A DNA stretch of 61,939 nucleotides, the filler included, from Nemertoderma westbladi (Eukaryota > Animalia > Xenacoelomorpha): NCBI GenBank assembly GCA_032718475.1. It is 3 parts of 3 records of this genome, joined end to end, with 100 filler letters (N's around TTAATTAATTAA, not from the genome) between each part and the next. Parts side by side here need not be neighbours in the genome. Positions count along the whole stretch, not along the records: positions 1 to 26,540 come from JAUCBJ010004113.1; 2 more parts are not named here. The stretch is one strand, 5' to 3'. Below the pieces are notes generated by a model. It did no database searches, was not told where the DNA came from, and saw nothing but the letters and a program-made list of their open reading frames with translations. The first letter of the stretch is position 1, and every line of letters starts with the position of its first letter. This document shows, piece after piece, positions 13,101 through 24,900 of this stretch. Made by a program: the position numbers and the translations under genes.

Positions 13101-13528
13101 CCCACAGGATCGGCGAGATACGGCTAATTGAAGGAGTCCAACGACGCGCTACACGATTAGTGGCCACCCTGCGAGACAAGCCGTACCCAACGCGCCTGCG
13201 AGAACTTGGCCTCCCCACACTCGAGTACCGGCGCCATCGGGCAGACCTCGTCCAGGTATACCGTTATCTATCGGGGCTCGAATCGGTGGACCATAGGAAC
13301 AAGTTTACACTTGCGTCGACCAGCACGCGCGGTCACAGTCTAAAACTCGAAAAGCCAAGAGCGAGACTACTACAGAGGAACTCGACTTTCCACTTTCGGG
13401 TAGTTGAACCATGGAATGCGCTAACCGACGCGGTAGTAACTTCCCCATCATTAAATACTTTTAAATCTCGCCTAAACACTCACTATAAGCACTTCAATCT
13501 GAAATTTTATCCGTCGTGGTGGACCTAG
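10103..13528 (+). CDS. LINE ORF2: AP-like endonuclease plus reverse transcriptase (CR1 type), with Pro/Arg-rich N-terminal repeat
   Basis: EN motifs YTNAD, IAITE, IYRSP, GDFN, LDLIL and SDH. RT motifs QYGFQKGRS, YLDFSKAFD, GVPQGS, LFADD and KDLGV. CR1-type C-terminus RPTLEYASTVWSP, RGHSLKL and WNAL. Uninterrupted, 1141 aa. Confidence 0.95.
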   Translation: MAAPPGPPRTLTAPTAPRRTPAAPPGLPRTPTALFAPRRTPAAPPRPPRSPRAPFAPLRTPAAPPRPPRTLTAPTAPRRTPAAPPGPPRYPTAPFAPRRTAAAPPGPPRSPTAPFAPQRTPAAPPGPPRTPTAPFAPRRTPAAPPGLPRTPTARFAPRRTPEAPPGRPRTPNALFTHRWTPAITQRNLKFLYTNADNLINKLGELMSSVTVCDPDVIAITEVLPKYYCYDIDETHYCMHAIGYKILCSNLGLSSCSRGIIIYIRNTLTGATEIEPSITNSGIRDGLESMWISITPNKIGSKQTIIFGCIYRSPSVDNYCNVANLLNCICSSNKNSQLIVTGDFNMPHTDWDLLSTNDHGESIILSSIQDNYLFQIIDKPTRYRHGQTPHILDLILVNEENSVDPPLYHPTLGASDHVQIEFNVNFNVKATSISTRPRLLFEKADYLAIKEELIENRLENTLISMEVQQSWETLHSHLINACESHIPRSKVGKRRTNKPKWLTREISNMIKIKRKLWDVYKTTPSATSYNNYKSKRNECSTKIRNAQYSFEKMTATNAATNPKQFWKYVHSKRSVKSSVHNLIDRDGNLVSDSKEKATVLNNHYHSISTTEVLPVPIVQHNPTYIESIQTIDFTPSIVSEEIGKINPSSAPGPDGVYPIMLVELSSVLAEPLSILFQKSMDTSTVPSEWKLANITPIFKRGIKTNPENYRRVSLTSVVSKLMERIVVAGMWTHLIENHLTADEQYGFQKGRSCTLQLLDVIYNWSQAMDNKQCVDVAYLDFSKAFDAVPHKRLIHKLSALGFAGNLLRWIENFLTDRQQRVVVEGECSDWLAVLSGVPQGSIAAVLWFLCFVNDLPSLVHFLIFLFADDTKDSVIFNPRPTPAIGPLQTDLDILFDWSCTWQLTFNYSKCKVMHLGYDNPNLPYNLGNHTIEVSNKEKDLGVIFQRDLSFSHHISTIVKKANRTLGLIYRTFKHLDGGIFINLYKALVRPTLEYASTVWSPHRIGEIRLIEGVQRRATRLVATLRDKPYPTRLRELGLPTLEYRRHRADLVQVYRYLSGLESVDHRNKFTLASTSTRGHSLKLEKPRARLLQRNSTFHFRVVEPWNALTDAVVTSPSLNTFKSRLNTHYKHFNLKFYPSWWT
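10106..10647 (+). repeat. 60-bp GC-rich tandem repeat, ~9 copies, in frame in ORF2
   Basis: Unit ~gcggcgccacccggacctcctcggactccgactgctccgttcgcgcctcggcggaccccg, encoding AAPPGPPRTPTAPFAPRRTP. Confidence 0.95.
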
Positions 13529-14716
13529 AAACATTTTTCAATGAGTGATAATTGTAACTCTACATTTAATGAATTCAATAACTTAATTGATTGGTTTATA
13601 TTTAATTTCTAGTCTATAAATTTATTTATTTATTTAACCCTTTCATGCCCAAATGATGTTATGCCTATGGTACAGTAGGAATACTACATTTTAATTACAA
13701 TATTTTAATTAAATCATTTTTAATTGTATCAATAATATAGGAATACATAATTTATTAATTAATTTTTTATTGACCATTAGGCAATAATCGCTTCACATTC
13801 GGATCTGCACGTAAGAAATCTTTAATTAAATTTGGTATCAATTTAGACTATTTGTTTATTGACATGTTTTTAAGCCTGTAGAACAGTACTTATTTACCAA
13901 TTTATTGTCAATATTTTAAATACTTTTTTAAAATTATGGTACGTACGTTGTTTGCGCCACACTAACCTACCCCGTCAGTTTTTAGTAATTCATACATATT
14001 TTATTTAAATTTTAATTCAGTCGGTTTTTAATATCCATACATATCTTATTCAAATTTCAATAGTTCTACCGATTCTACACTACTTTGTTTTAACCTATAT
14101 TAGTTCGTTGTTTGTGCATCGCCGGTTTTTAACAGTCCTACGCTGGATTGAGTACATGTATTTCGTTGGTGTCGTATCAGGTTTTTTTTTATACTCTTCT
14201 TCAACTTCTTACTATATTTTATTAGGCCTATCCTATTACCGGTATTACATACAACATATTAATTTACTTTCAGTTCTGGTTCCATATAAAGATTGCCTTA
14301 AATTATGTCGGTGATGGGTATCTATAAGTTTATCTTCCTCTTACCCTAAACTATTAAACATTAAACATTAAAACATTAAACATTACCTGACTGCCTGATT
14401 ACTGCAGTAGGCCTACTGCTGTTGCTGTACTGTATTACTGTATTAGGCCTGAGGCCTACGTCCTGACGTCAGTACGTTAATAAATAGACTTTCAAATAAC
14501 TGATCTGTTAGTCTGTCTGTCTGTACGGGTACGGGTAGCTCTATTTTACAGGTAGTACGTACTACGTACAGACGTAGGCCTACCTCCTACCATACTGACA
14601 TACAATACAACCATCAGACCATACCAGCATACAGTCCTGCGCTGCAGTTAGACAGTACGATACGTTCTTACAGTAGCCTACCGGTCCGGTACTGCCAGAC
14701 TGCAGAATGCAGTAGG

Positions 14717-17700
14717 TGAAGTTGAAATTGAAGTTTTTTATTAGACCAAAACACTATAGAAACAATAATCGAAACGCAAATGGAAACAAATTATATCTTC
14801 TTAAACTAAACAAACATGACTCGACTATGTAGGCGGTCACAAGTATAATATATTCACTAAGTATACAATTATTACAATTCACCAATAAAATCAAATAATG
14901 AATGGGAGGATATGATGACTTACTAATACAAGACAAATAGTTTAGAATCGATTTCGAACGCAAACACTTACATTAAAATACGAACACAAATGCATTAAAA
15001 GTAAAGGTAAAACATACTGTATAATATTACATTCAAAATTAAAACTTTGATATGTTCAATAAAACATGGCAGTGGTTGATTACATTAAGTGCTGGATCGA
15101 CTAATAATAATGATAATTAACTAAAATTGAAATTAAAATTAAAATTCGCCTCCTGCATGCTTTAAAATAAAATTGTTATTATTTTAAAAAGTGTAGTAAG
15201 AACAAATTTCTGTACATATACAACGGAGAAGCAGGACATATATTAAAAAGAAATAGAAAATATAGTTTGTCTGATACGGTTTGCAACGTAAATTTGAGTG
15301 AGGTGGCGCTTGAGGATTGCCTCATGAGGTAAAGCCTCGTTTCCATGAGGGTCCTCGAGGAATAATACAAAAATAGACAATATTTAAAATTCTAACTGAA
15401 ATATACAATATTTTAAATTACTGTATAACTAAAATGGTCAATATTTAGAATCATAACTAAGACAGAGAATATTTAAAACTATAAATAAAATTGACAATAT
15501 TTAAAATTATAACTAAAATATAATATTTATGATTATAACTAAAATAGAAAATCTTTGAAATTATTACTAAACTACTGTAGACAATTAATTAAAATAAAAA
15601 CCGAAATTAATAAAAATGAATAATAAAAAGAAAATAGACAAATAGATCATAAACAACTATTAAGATATAATATTTACAATCAATCATGATAAAAAAACAT
15701 CGATCTTTTAAGTTTAATGTGGCATGTCGGTTGGGGGGGGGGGGGGGGATGTCAGGTAACAGACGTTTCGGCTGGTGGGGTCTGGGATGCAGTTATATGA
15801 TTCACATTCAATCATTGATATTCAATATTCCCATATTGTATTTTCGTTGGAAGTTAGTTTACTCAGGAAATGTGTTTTGATATTATGTTTAAAAGCTTCT
15901 ACGGATACCGCATTGCGCACATCTAAGGGTATCGCATTCCATATAGTTGGCCCCATAAACGAGAAACATTTGCATCCCGTAACCTTGTGCCTCGATGGGA
16001 CTATCGCGCGACTGTTACCACCCCGGAGGGTTCCACCTTGGTGTAGTGGTTGCATTGAATTCACATCTCCCGTAGGTCGTGGGTTCGATCCTCACATGGG
16101 CCAGGGCAGATTTCGTTTCGGCACGAATGCTTTAAAGGGACCAGCCAGGGCGCATCTCTGCCTTGCATCCTTAAGTGGTAGCTAAATGAGTACTGGAGTT
16201 TCCTCTGGGGAGTAAAGTTCTGGGGGGACCGCACTGGAAATAAGTCGTCAGACTTTGTGCGTAATCCCTGGCCTAGTGGCCGAAGAAAATTTACTTTTTA
16301 CTTTACTTGGAGATCAATAGACACAGAGTTGAATCGAACAAGGGAACTAAGGTATGGCGGTGAAAGTGAGCGCGTTATCCGGTACATGTGCGTCGCTAAT
16401 AACTGGTTTATACGCCATTCAATTAGTAACCAAGACAATTCGTTGTAGTGCCATTGAGTGATATGCGTGCGGCTCAGTAATATCTGAGGCAGAAACGTAT
16501 GCATTTTCTTTGTAAAGCATGAAGTTGGTTTATTAGTCTTTTGGATGTACTTGGGTACCAACTTGAAGCTACAAAATCCATATGTGGTTGGATCAGGGTG
16601 TTACAAAGTTGTCTTCTCAAGTGGAAATCTAGGAAGGCCCCTTGTCTGTATAAAAATCTTAAGTTTTTAATGCTTGTCCTTTGTTCAATATCAATTCCAT
16701 TACATACGACCTTTAAGTTATTATTTCGCGCAAGTTTATGGTGTGTTCCAAAGATGATCGCTGTTGTTTTCTTAAAATTTAAGCTCAGTTTATTATCTGT
16801 TGCCCAGTTGTAGATGTTGGTTAGTGTCGCTGACAATGAAATAGATAGTTGGTCTATGTTATCATGAGCTGCTAAAATATTTGAATCATCAGCTAATTTC
16901 AGTGATAAACAAGTAGGTGCGGGAATATTTAGTGTTGGATCTGTGATTGTGTTGGCTGATGACATGTTGGTTATGGCTATATCACTGTCGTTAATATATA
17001 GTAAGAATATTAGTACAGATAGTAAACCACCCTGATGGACTCCCCGCTTTATCAATTCCTGAACAGAAGATTGTACACCACGAACATATACAACTTGTCG
17101 TCTTTCACTCAAATACGATTTAAACCAAGCAACAGTGGCTCCTGAGAATCCAATAAAGCTCATTTTTCGTAACAGTATATCATGGTCCACAGTGTCAAAG
17201 GCCTTACGTAAGTCTATAAATACTACACCAGTTAACTTACCATCGTCGACTGCTTCCTTTGTGTAGTTATTTAGGTACATTAAGCAGGTCTCAACAGAGA
17301 AACCGTTCCTGTATCCCAATTGAAAAGGGTCCAATATCTTGTTGGCTTCAATGTACTCATATACTTGATCATATATTGGTTGATCTATAACTTTTGAAAG
17401 AATGGATAAGAGTGATAAAGGCCTATAATTTCCTTTGTCTAATCTTGCTTCCGCTTTATAGCTTGGCACCACTTTTGCCAGTTTAAATACAGATGGGTAT
17501 ATTGAGGTTTCAATTGACTCATTAAGTAGATGCGTCATGGGTCCAGCTATTACTTCGGCTATGTCTTTCAAGTATCATGGTGATAGGTCATCAATCCCTG
17601 CACTTTTGTCAGTTTTTAAGTTGTTTAGTACATTTAACTGTTTAACATGTAAGATATATCGATTTTTTTCAGGTTGAATTCGTTACAGTTTATGCCTTTC

Positions 17701-18530
17701 CGTTTGTAATAATTTTCAACGGCCATAAGGTTGTAATCACCTTTACTTGGTGGGAGTTTATTAACAAGTTCTTCAGCAATGGTGGTGAAGAATTTGTTGA
17801 ATTCTTCTGCAATTTCCATAGGGTCTGTCACCAGATTATTTTCTATTCGCAAGCATTTGACTGGCATTGACTGGGTATTTTTTGTAGGACATCCAAGTGA
17901 TTTTAATTCCTTCCACAGTTTTTTTGGGTTGTTTCTATAAGAATTCAGCTTCGTTTTTATATAGTTTGTTTTTGTCTCTTTGATTGTAACTTTGGTGGTG
18001 TTGAGGAGGTGTTTATAATGCTGCTCGTTGACACGGGTCGGATTTTTGTGAAAACTTGTCAGGGCATTGTTTTTTGCTGCTATAATGTGTAATATATCAC
18101 TATTTATCCATGGTTGTGAATCACCACGTATTCGAATAGAGCGTTTTGGTGCTGCAGTTTCCAGTATTTTAGATAACTCATCTACTAAGTGTTGTCGCTA
18201 TATTTTCTACATTCGTTTCTGTTGCTATTGATTGTATTAGTGGATTTGACCGAACCTCAGATACTACTGTACTAGTCCTTTGGAGTACTTCTTAACTGAT
18301 CTGCACATACGGTATGTGTGTTCTGCCTTTTTCACCTTTGGTCTTTTTCGAGTTACACACACCATATAGTGGTCACTGAGACCAGAACGTATTACCCCTG
18401 ACACATATATAAATTGCTTACCGGATACAAATATGTGGTCCAGTGTAGAGGAGGTCGATGCAGTCACTCTAGTTGGCTCATTGATGATCTGTGTAAATCC
18501 CATTGAGAAACAAAATGTACGTAGATGTTG
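14717..18530 (-). mobile_element. Decayed L2/Crack-like LINE (ORF2 pseudogene plus 3' UTR)
   Basis: Minus-strand fragments: EN end (EPTRVT...LDHIF...SDH, 18264-18503), RT (NYRPLSLL, FIDLRKAFD, GVHQG, LADD, 16474-17571) and C-terminus (GPTIWNAIP...FK). Several stops and frameshifts. The 3' end has aataaa plus ttcaa-type repeats at ~14717-14742. Confidence 0.85.
16029..16308 (+). mobile_element. tRNA-derived SINE inserted in the L2/Crack-like LINE
   Basis: Pol III A box tggtgtagtgg (~16039) and B box gggttcgatcc (16081). Central gccttgcatcctt...taaatgagtac domain and a (tttac)n tail. ggag is duplicated on both sides, and removing the insert restores the LINE frame (...SVSIDLRGGNS...). Confidence 0.85.
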
Positions 18531-20047
18531 TGAGGAGGTCGCTGTAAAAGCTTTTGCGTAATTAGCCGGTTATTATCCCCGTAAAGTACTCTGTGGTTGG
18601 TTTACCAGGCATAAAAAGGCCGTGTCCTTGCTGTACTGGTGTTTTGGAGGACATAAAAGCCATTTCTTCTGTATTTGTACTTTAGAGGACATAATCTGCA
18701 ATTTCATGACGTAAAAAGCTCGATACTCTTGAAAACAGTGTCGCTACCATGACGACGGCTAACGGCTGATATTGCCACGTTGCAGCTTTCTGTATCTGCC
18801 AATAGGATTTGAGTTGGTTTTGATTTCGACCTATCACAGATCTACTGAACTGAATTTCCTATCTTTATGCTCATTCTCTGTGGTGGGTGGAAGCCTTTGT
18901 AAATAAGGTTATTCTTATCAGTGTTCAGTGTTATGTTTTTGCCCAGAGCCTAAGAACCGGCTTTTGGCACCTCCGTGTTTTCAGTCTTTAGTCTTACATT
19001 AGTAGGCTCAATTATAGAACGTATATCTGTTATCTTAACTTAACCACTCACGAGTTACACAAGTTAACTCATTCACTTAATAATCATTTATACATTAATA
19101 TTACTGCTTTTACTGTCGGTCATTCATTATATTGGTTGATGAAATATTATATCGGAATACTGATCAATAGTCAGACACCCCACCTTCTTGATATACTAAA
19201 GGTTAGAGAGACCGGTTACAGATAAACGATTGCGACCTGTGTTGAGTGGTTTGAAGTGAATCTAATGCTATTTCATATGCCCAACATAAATTGTCTGTTG
19301 CTCTCTTTATACGTGACCAAATTTAGTGAAGGTCGGCAGATTAGTGTGCAGTATTGTGCAGCATTGTGTATGAGTGTAACTGATAACAAAACATCTCCTA
19401 AAGAATGTGCCATATACGTGAATCTATAGCCTTTTCGTTGTGACTAGTTTAAGTCATAACTCTGTTTATATAGATAGAACGCCACGTCCTAAAGGAACTG
19501 TTAATATTTCCCGAAAGTGAATAATATTTGTCAGAGATTATATATCACGATCAGTCGAATAATACAGTAGGCTTACACCATCAATCATTAAGCCCCGAAC
19601 TCAGTCTCCCGGGTATATCCAACGGGTGAATGATTGCGCATAGACTGGCTTCGGCTAATGTAGTGTATCAAATACTCGTCATAGGCTAAAGACTATCTAT
19701 CATCCAAAAGACATTCTAATTTTGGCAGGTTAAACTGTCAAAGGTCTTTAAAAGCGCAAACAATAACAGATATTGCTTCTGGATTGCGGTGTAAGCAATC
19801 TAGTCGAAAGTACCGGTTGACCGGTAACCAGTAGGCCTGACTGCCTGATCATCCGGACCGGTACCTACAACAGTACAGGTACAGCAGTATTATTCGATTG
19901 TGATCTATTGTATACTGTAGGCTGCCAGGGGAATAGGGATTGATCACCCCTCATTCTTTTGTAAAGTTTACTTATTTCTGCAAGTTTTATTTGTTTGTAG
20001 GCCAGTATTGAACAGAAGGCGTGTAAGCCTGATCAGATTGTGCAGAC

Positions 20048-20620
20048 AATTTGTAGGTTGAACTGTTGTCTGATTGCTGTTAAGTCTGAACGGATTGCAG
20101 TGTGTGTAGATCACCTGTCCGATAAAGAACGGTTAGGAAGTAGGGGCAGCGAATGCTGTAAGGTAAACCCCCAACTAAAGAATAAGTCGTACTACTGGGT
20201 TAGAACGCATACTACCTAATTATTTCGGAGTCTGCATGTCCTGTAGTTTATTTAGGCTTGAGAGTAGTCTGCCATCGTTTAGTCTGTACTTTGTTTGTGT
20301 AAGTCTGTACGGGTAGCGTATAATATTTATTTAGATAATTTGTAGGCTGGATAGTTGTCTGGCTGTTATTAGGTCTGAACGGATTGCAGCGTGTGTAGAT
20401 CACTTGTCCGATAAAGAACGGTTAGGAAGTAGGGGCAGCGACTGCTGTAAGGTAAACCCCCAACTAAAGAATAAGTCGTACTACTGGGTTAGAACGCATA
20501 CTACCTAATTATTTCGGAGTCTGCATATACCGTAGTTTGTTTAGGCTTGATAGTAGTCTGTCAGTGTTCGGTCTGCATTTTGTTTGAGTAGTTTGTACGC
20601 GTAGCGTAATATTTATTATT
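20048..20620 (+). repeat. ~289-bp tandem duplication in the BEL leader
   Basis: aatttgtagg...gtctgaacggattgcag...ggtaaacccccaactaaagaataag... occurs at 20048 and again at 20337. Confidence 0.9.
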
Positions 20621-21943
20621 CAGAGTTTATGCGATTATCCGCAACATTCATTCCCCAAGTTTGTTCCTACAGTAATTGTGTTTGTTATACATACCGCTAT
20701 AGTTAAATTAACCCCGGTACTACACGGGCTGCTTGGCGTAGGTAAAGACTGGTGATTTTGTGCACCGGTCACTCCAGCAGATGCCGTGGTTCTTTTAACT
20801 GTTCAAGTATATTTAACTACTGATTATATGTTGTACAAGTACTCGTACCTAATTTAGGGTTTAGTGTACAGTGCTTTCCGAAAGTAATTAGTGTAGGCAT
20901 TATATTTGTGTTGTAAAGTGGTTGATAGGCACGTTCGATTAGCTCTATTAACTTCTAGGTAGGAACACTCCGTGATACATAACGTAGAACCTATAGCGAT
21001 ACGGCTATAGGTCGTCAGGCGGTGGTATTTTCCTATCTGGACAACGCAGTGTATTTACTACTACTTATGATTTTCAAATACCGTAGTACCCTGTCCGTTG
21101 TAATAACCAGATTTCTAACCCTTTGTTAGGCTGGTTTGTAGACTTCTTGTAAAATTACCCTGAAAATTCGTATTTTGTGTTTTTGTAAATTTTTGTGTTT
21201 ATTTAGAGATTGTAATCTCACCAGAACTGTACGTAATTTGTAGTAATAAGTAACTTAGGTAAATTAGTATTATTTGTTTTAGTGTCCTATAAGTAACACT
21301 TCACTGAAAGCGTACCGCTTTGTGTAGTGATTACCCCCCAGAAATAATAACATTTATTTCAAACATTGACAAAACCCATTAAAACGGGTATATATATATT
21401 ATAAATCAAATCTAACGATTTATAAATAGTAGGCCTACCATACAACCATTAGGTCTCAATATCAGTTGGACTACTGCTTAAATAATGGTAATAAAGTAAG
21501 TTAAAGTAACCAAGTAACCCTAAAGTTCAGAAATTCAATTATTCTAAAATAATTGATATACCGGTATTTACGATAGGCCTATTATAATATTTATATTTGT
21601 GCTGAAATCATACCGGTATTCTGTAATTAATTCCAGTTAATAATTATACTTATATATACACTATAAGTGTAAACTGCATACCGGTATCCACGATAGGCCT
21701 ATTATATATTTATATATATTTATGCTAAAATTATACCGGTATTCTGTGATAAACCTAGTCTGTAATAATACTTATATAGTTATATATACTATAAGTATAC
21801 CGGTATTCTAATATATTATATATATATCACGCTACATTGAGTAGCAGTATCGGTAATTAATTACTAGGCTAGCAGTTAATACTGAATTACTAGACTTGCT
21901 CAGACTGTAATACAGCAGTAGACATTCAACTGTATACGTAAAC

Positions 21944-24900
21944 ATGTCTGATACTAAGCAGAACCTGTCAGACAGTTTATTAGATGTAACTATCTGCGAC
22001 TCAGGTAGAGATGTAGAACTGTCTAGTCGTAAGTTCAGTTCACCTCCCACTGTGAGGAAGGTCATCCCTCCAGTAGTAATAACAGAACCTAGGCTGGTCC
22101 AACATCGTAGGTCTATCATAGGCACTCGAGCTCAGGTCAAGCGGGACCAAGAAGCAGCGGAACAGCAACAACCCGCGAGCCAAGAATTTATTTCTCAGCG
22201 GCCCGACAGCTCCAGTAGTGAAGATACTGTAGAACTGACACCCGAGCACGGAGCAAAGATGACGGATGCGGTTTATACGGATCCCCTTCTCATCCTTCCT
22301 GCAGCCGTACTCACTAGGTTATTGATTGCGGTGGAAGAACACCAGATCGATTGGGCGAGAAGTCAGCGTTCAACTAGAGATAGTTATGCTGGATACACAA
22401 GGGAAGAACTGAAGTCCATGGTCGAGTCGCAATGGAACTTCCCCGGACCCGGACTCCCGTTTGATGTATCAGAAGCTGCCTGGGAAGACATACACCGGAT
22501 GGGAGTAGCCAAGGAAACCATCGATCCAGCTGTGTGGAAGAGGTCCGCAGCCGGATACGCACATGGATTCTTCAGCTCTATGGAGCGAGTAAAAGGACAA
22601 CTGTTTCAACAACCACAAGGACCTCAAGAGCAGGGACAACTGCTTTATCAAGTTAGAGAAAGGATTCTACGAATCAGGCTAATATTATCGGCCTTTGAGG
22701 AGGCTTCTAAACGCAGGCAAGACACTTCGTTGCAAGTTGCCGTAAAGACCTGGTTTCAAAGGGTGAGTCTCCAGGTTCAAGGAACAGCTCAGTGGAAAGC
22801 TCAGCTGGAGGAGTGCTCAACCCATGGAGAATCAACAGACGCTACTTTTTCCCAAGTGGAAAGTGAAGCGACGGCAGAGAAACCGCATAAGAGGGATGCC
22901 ATTGACATCTATCTGTCAGACTATCAACGTTTTTTAGGTGGTGACGAGTTGAGGAGAAGGTTAGAGGGACTTAGCCCTAATAGTGAAGGAACAAAGCTAG
23001 TGTTGGATGCCATCGATGTGGAAATGAGGGCTGCGAATCAGGCTAAATTTGATGAACAACTCCGCCTGACACGAGTCCAAGAACAACAAGTAAAGAAAAA
23101 ACGCATAGAAGACAGAAAGAAAGCAGCAGTGGTAGCTGCAGAAGCAGAAAGAAAAGCGGCAGCGGCAGAGGCAGCGGCAGAGGCAAAGGCAGCCGAAGCT
23201 GAAAGAAAAGCGGCAGCGGCAGCGGAAAGAAAAGCGGCAGAGGCAGTGGCAGAAGCAGAACGGAGAGCGGCTGAAGAAACCATCCAATTAGAATTGGAAA
23301 ACATTCAGGAGAATCAAGACTGCATAAATAAACAGTTAACAGCTAGTAATATGCAGATGATGAATCGATCTACTCCCAAAAGACAGGGATATACATCATC
23401 TGAGGAAGGCGATACCACCGATACTGAAGGCAAAGGAAATAGATCTCGTCTAAGCAGACGTAAAAGAACATTCCACCGTCAGAAATTGCCTGATTTGCCT
23501 CCAGCTGTTAGAAGGCAACTAAATAACACCAACTTAGGTAGTACAGAGCCCACAGACCAAATAATTAAAATAGAAAGACTCCCTACTATAGTAGATGAGC
23601 CTGAAATAATTAGGCCTGTTCTTGAAATCACCCCTTCGGTGATAGATACACCGGTGCTCCCTGAAACTACCTCTAAATTCCCTCTGCATAGCACTAAGCT
23701 ACCTGTGCCCCGTAGAACTGCCCAGGAGACAGTTCAGGTCCTGGACCCCGAGCGAAATATTCCTGATTTGTCGCCCGTTGTCCCTCGTCCGCTCGCTACA
23801 ACGTTGGCGACTCCCGCTTCGGCGGTCGAATGGGTGGACGAGAGACGGCGGGGGATGGATCTCCTGCTCGGGCAGATGCAGGAGACTGTCCAGCAATTCA
23901 AGGGCACAGTAAGGGAAAGTAGGCTAGAGTTGCAAGAAGTGCAGCAAAGTATCGCGCTAGAACGCGATAAATTAGTAAATACTCAAAGGGGTATACCACC
24001 ACCCTCTGTAACAATGTGTCAACCTGTTAGGTCTGAAGTATCGCATGCGCAAGGTGTGGAGCCTACACGCATCTATACTGCTAGCGAAGTAGAAACTCCT
24101 ATAGTGAACCCTATTAAGGGTAATTATAGACCTGTTGATAATGACATTCCCTATAGAACTGATCATAATCCGAGAAATTTATATACCGATAACTCGATAT
24201 TAAATAACACGATGGCCCAAGAAAGTTTTACGCGTCAAATGGCTAGAACCGAAGCCCGGCAAGCGGTAAAGGTGGGAGAGATCGTCAAGTTCAATGGAGA
24301 TGAGATGAAATGGTTACCTTTTAATGAATATTACAAAGATAACATACAGAACTCTGTACTATCTAATGGAGAAAAACTTAGATACCTCATCGAGTGCTTG
24401 GAAGGATCTCCCAAGTTAATGGCGTTAAAGTTTATTGGACATCCAGATGGATTAAGACAAGTTTGGGATACACTAAACATCAGGTATGGTAATAGGAATA
24501 ACATCGCTGGGTATTTGTATGCAAAGTTAAGAGCGCCCCGAAAGTTTATTAGCAGCGGAATTATCGAGTTTTCCGATGAGATTCAGGAGATCTGTAGACA
24601 ATTAGATTGGCTAGGTAAGTCTCAGGAGTATCAGAATGCTATGGTTATTAGAGCAGTGGCTTCTACTTTACCGAAGGGTGGAGTAGGTACACGCTGGGAT
24701 AAGAAAGTGTTATATATGATGGAACAACAACGACGAGACCCTACCATGGCTGATCTCATGTCATTCCTAGATGGAGAAGTGAAATTACAGCTCCTGAAAC
24801 TGTCCAGAGAGAAGACACCGGAAAACAAGGTAAGCGAAAAACCCGTCTCTAGGAGAAAGGTAACACCAGTGTGTTATACAGACGACGGCGAAAGCCAGAC

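Larger units (their letters stand above)
8810..14384 (+). mobile_element. Near full-length CR1-clade LINE
   Basis: ORF1 plus EN-RT ORF2, followed by a ~850-bp AT-rich 3' UTR ending in cttcctcttaccc and a (taaacat)n tail at ~14355-14384. The 5' boundary is approximate. Confidence 0.85.

Noticed and set aside
16039-16095. tRNA gene
   Set aside because: A and B boxes are present but there is no convincing cloverleaf. It continues into a SINE body and tail.
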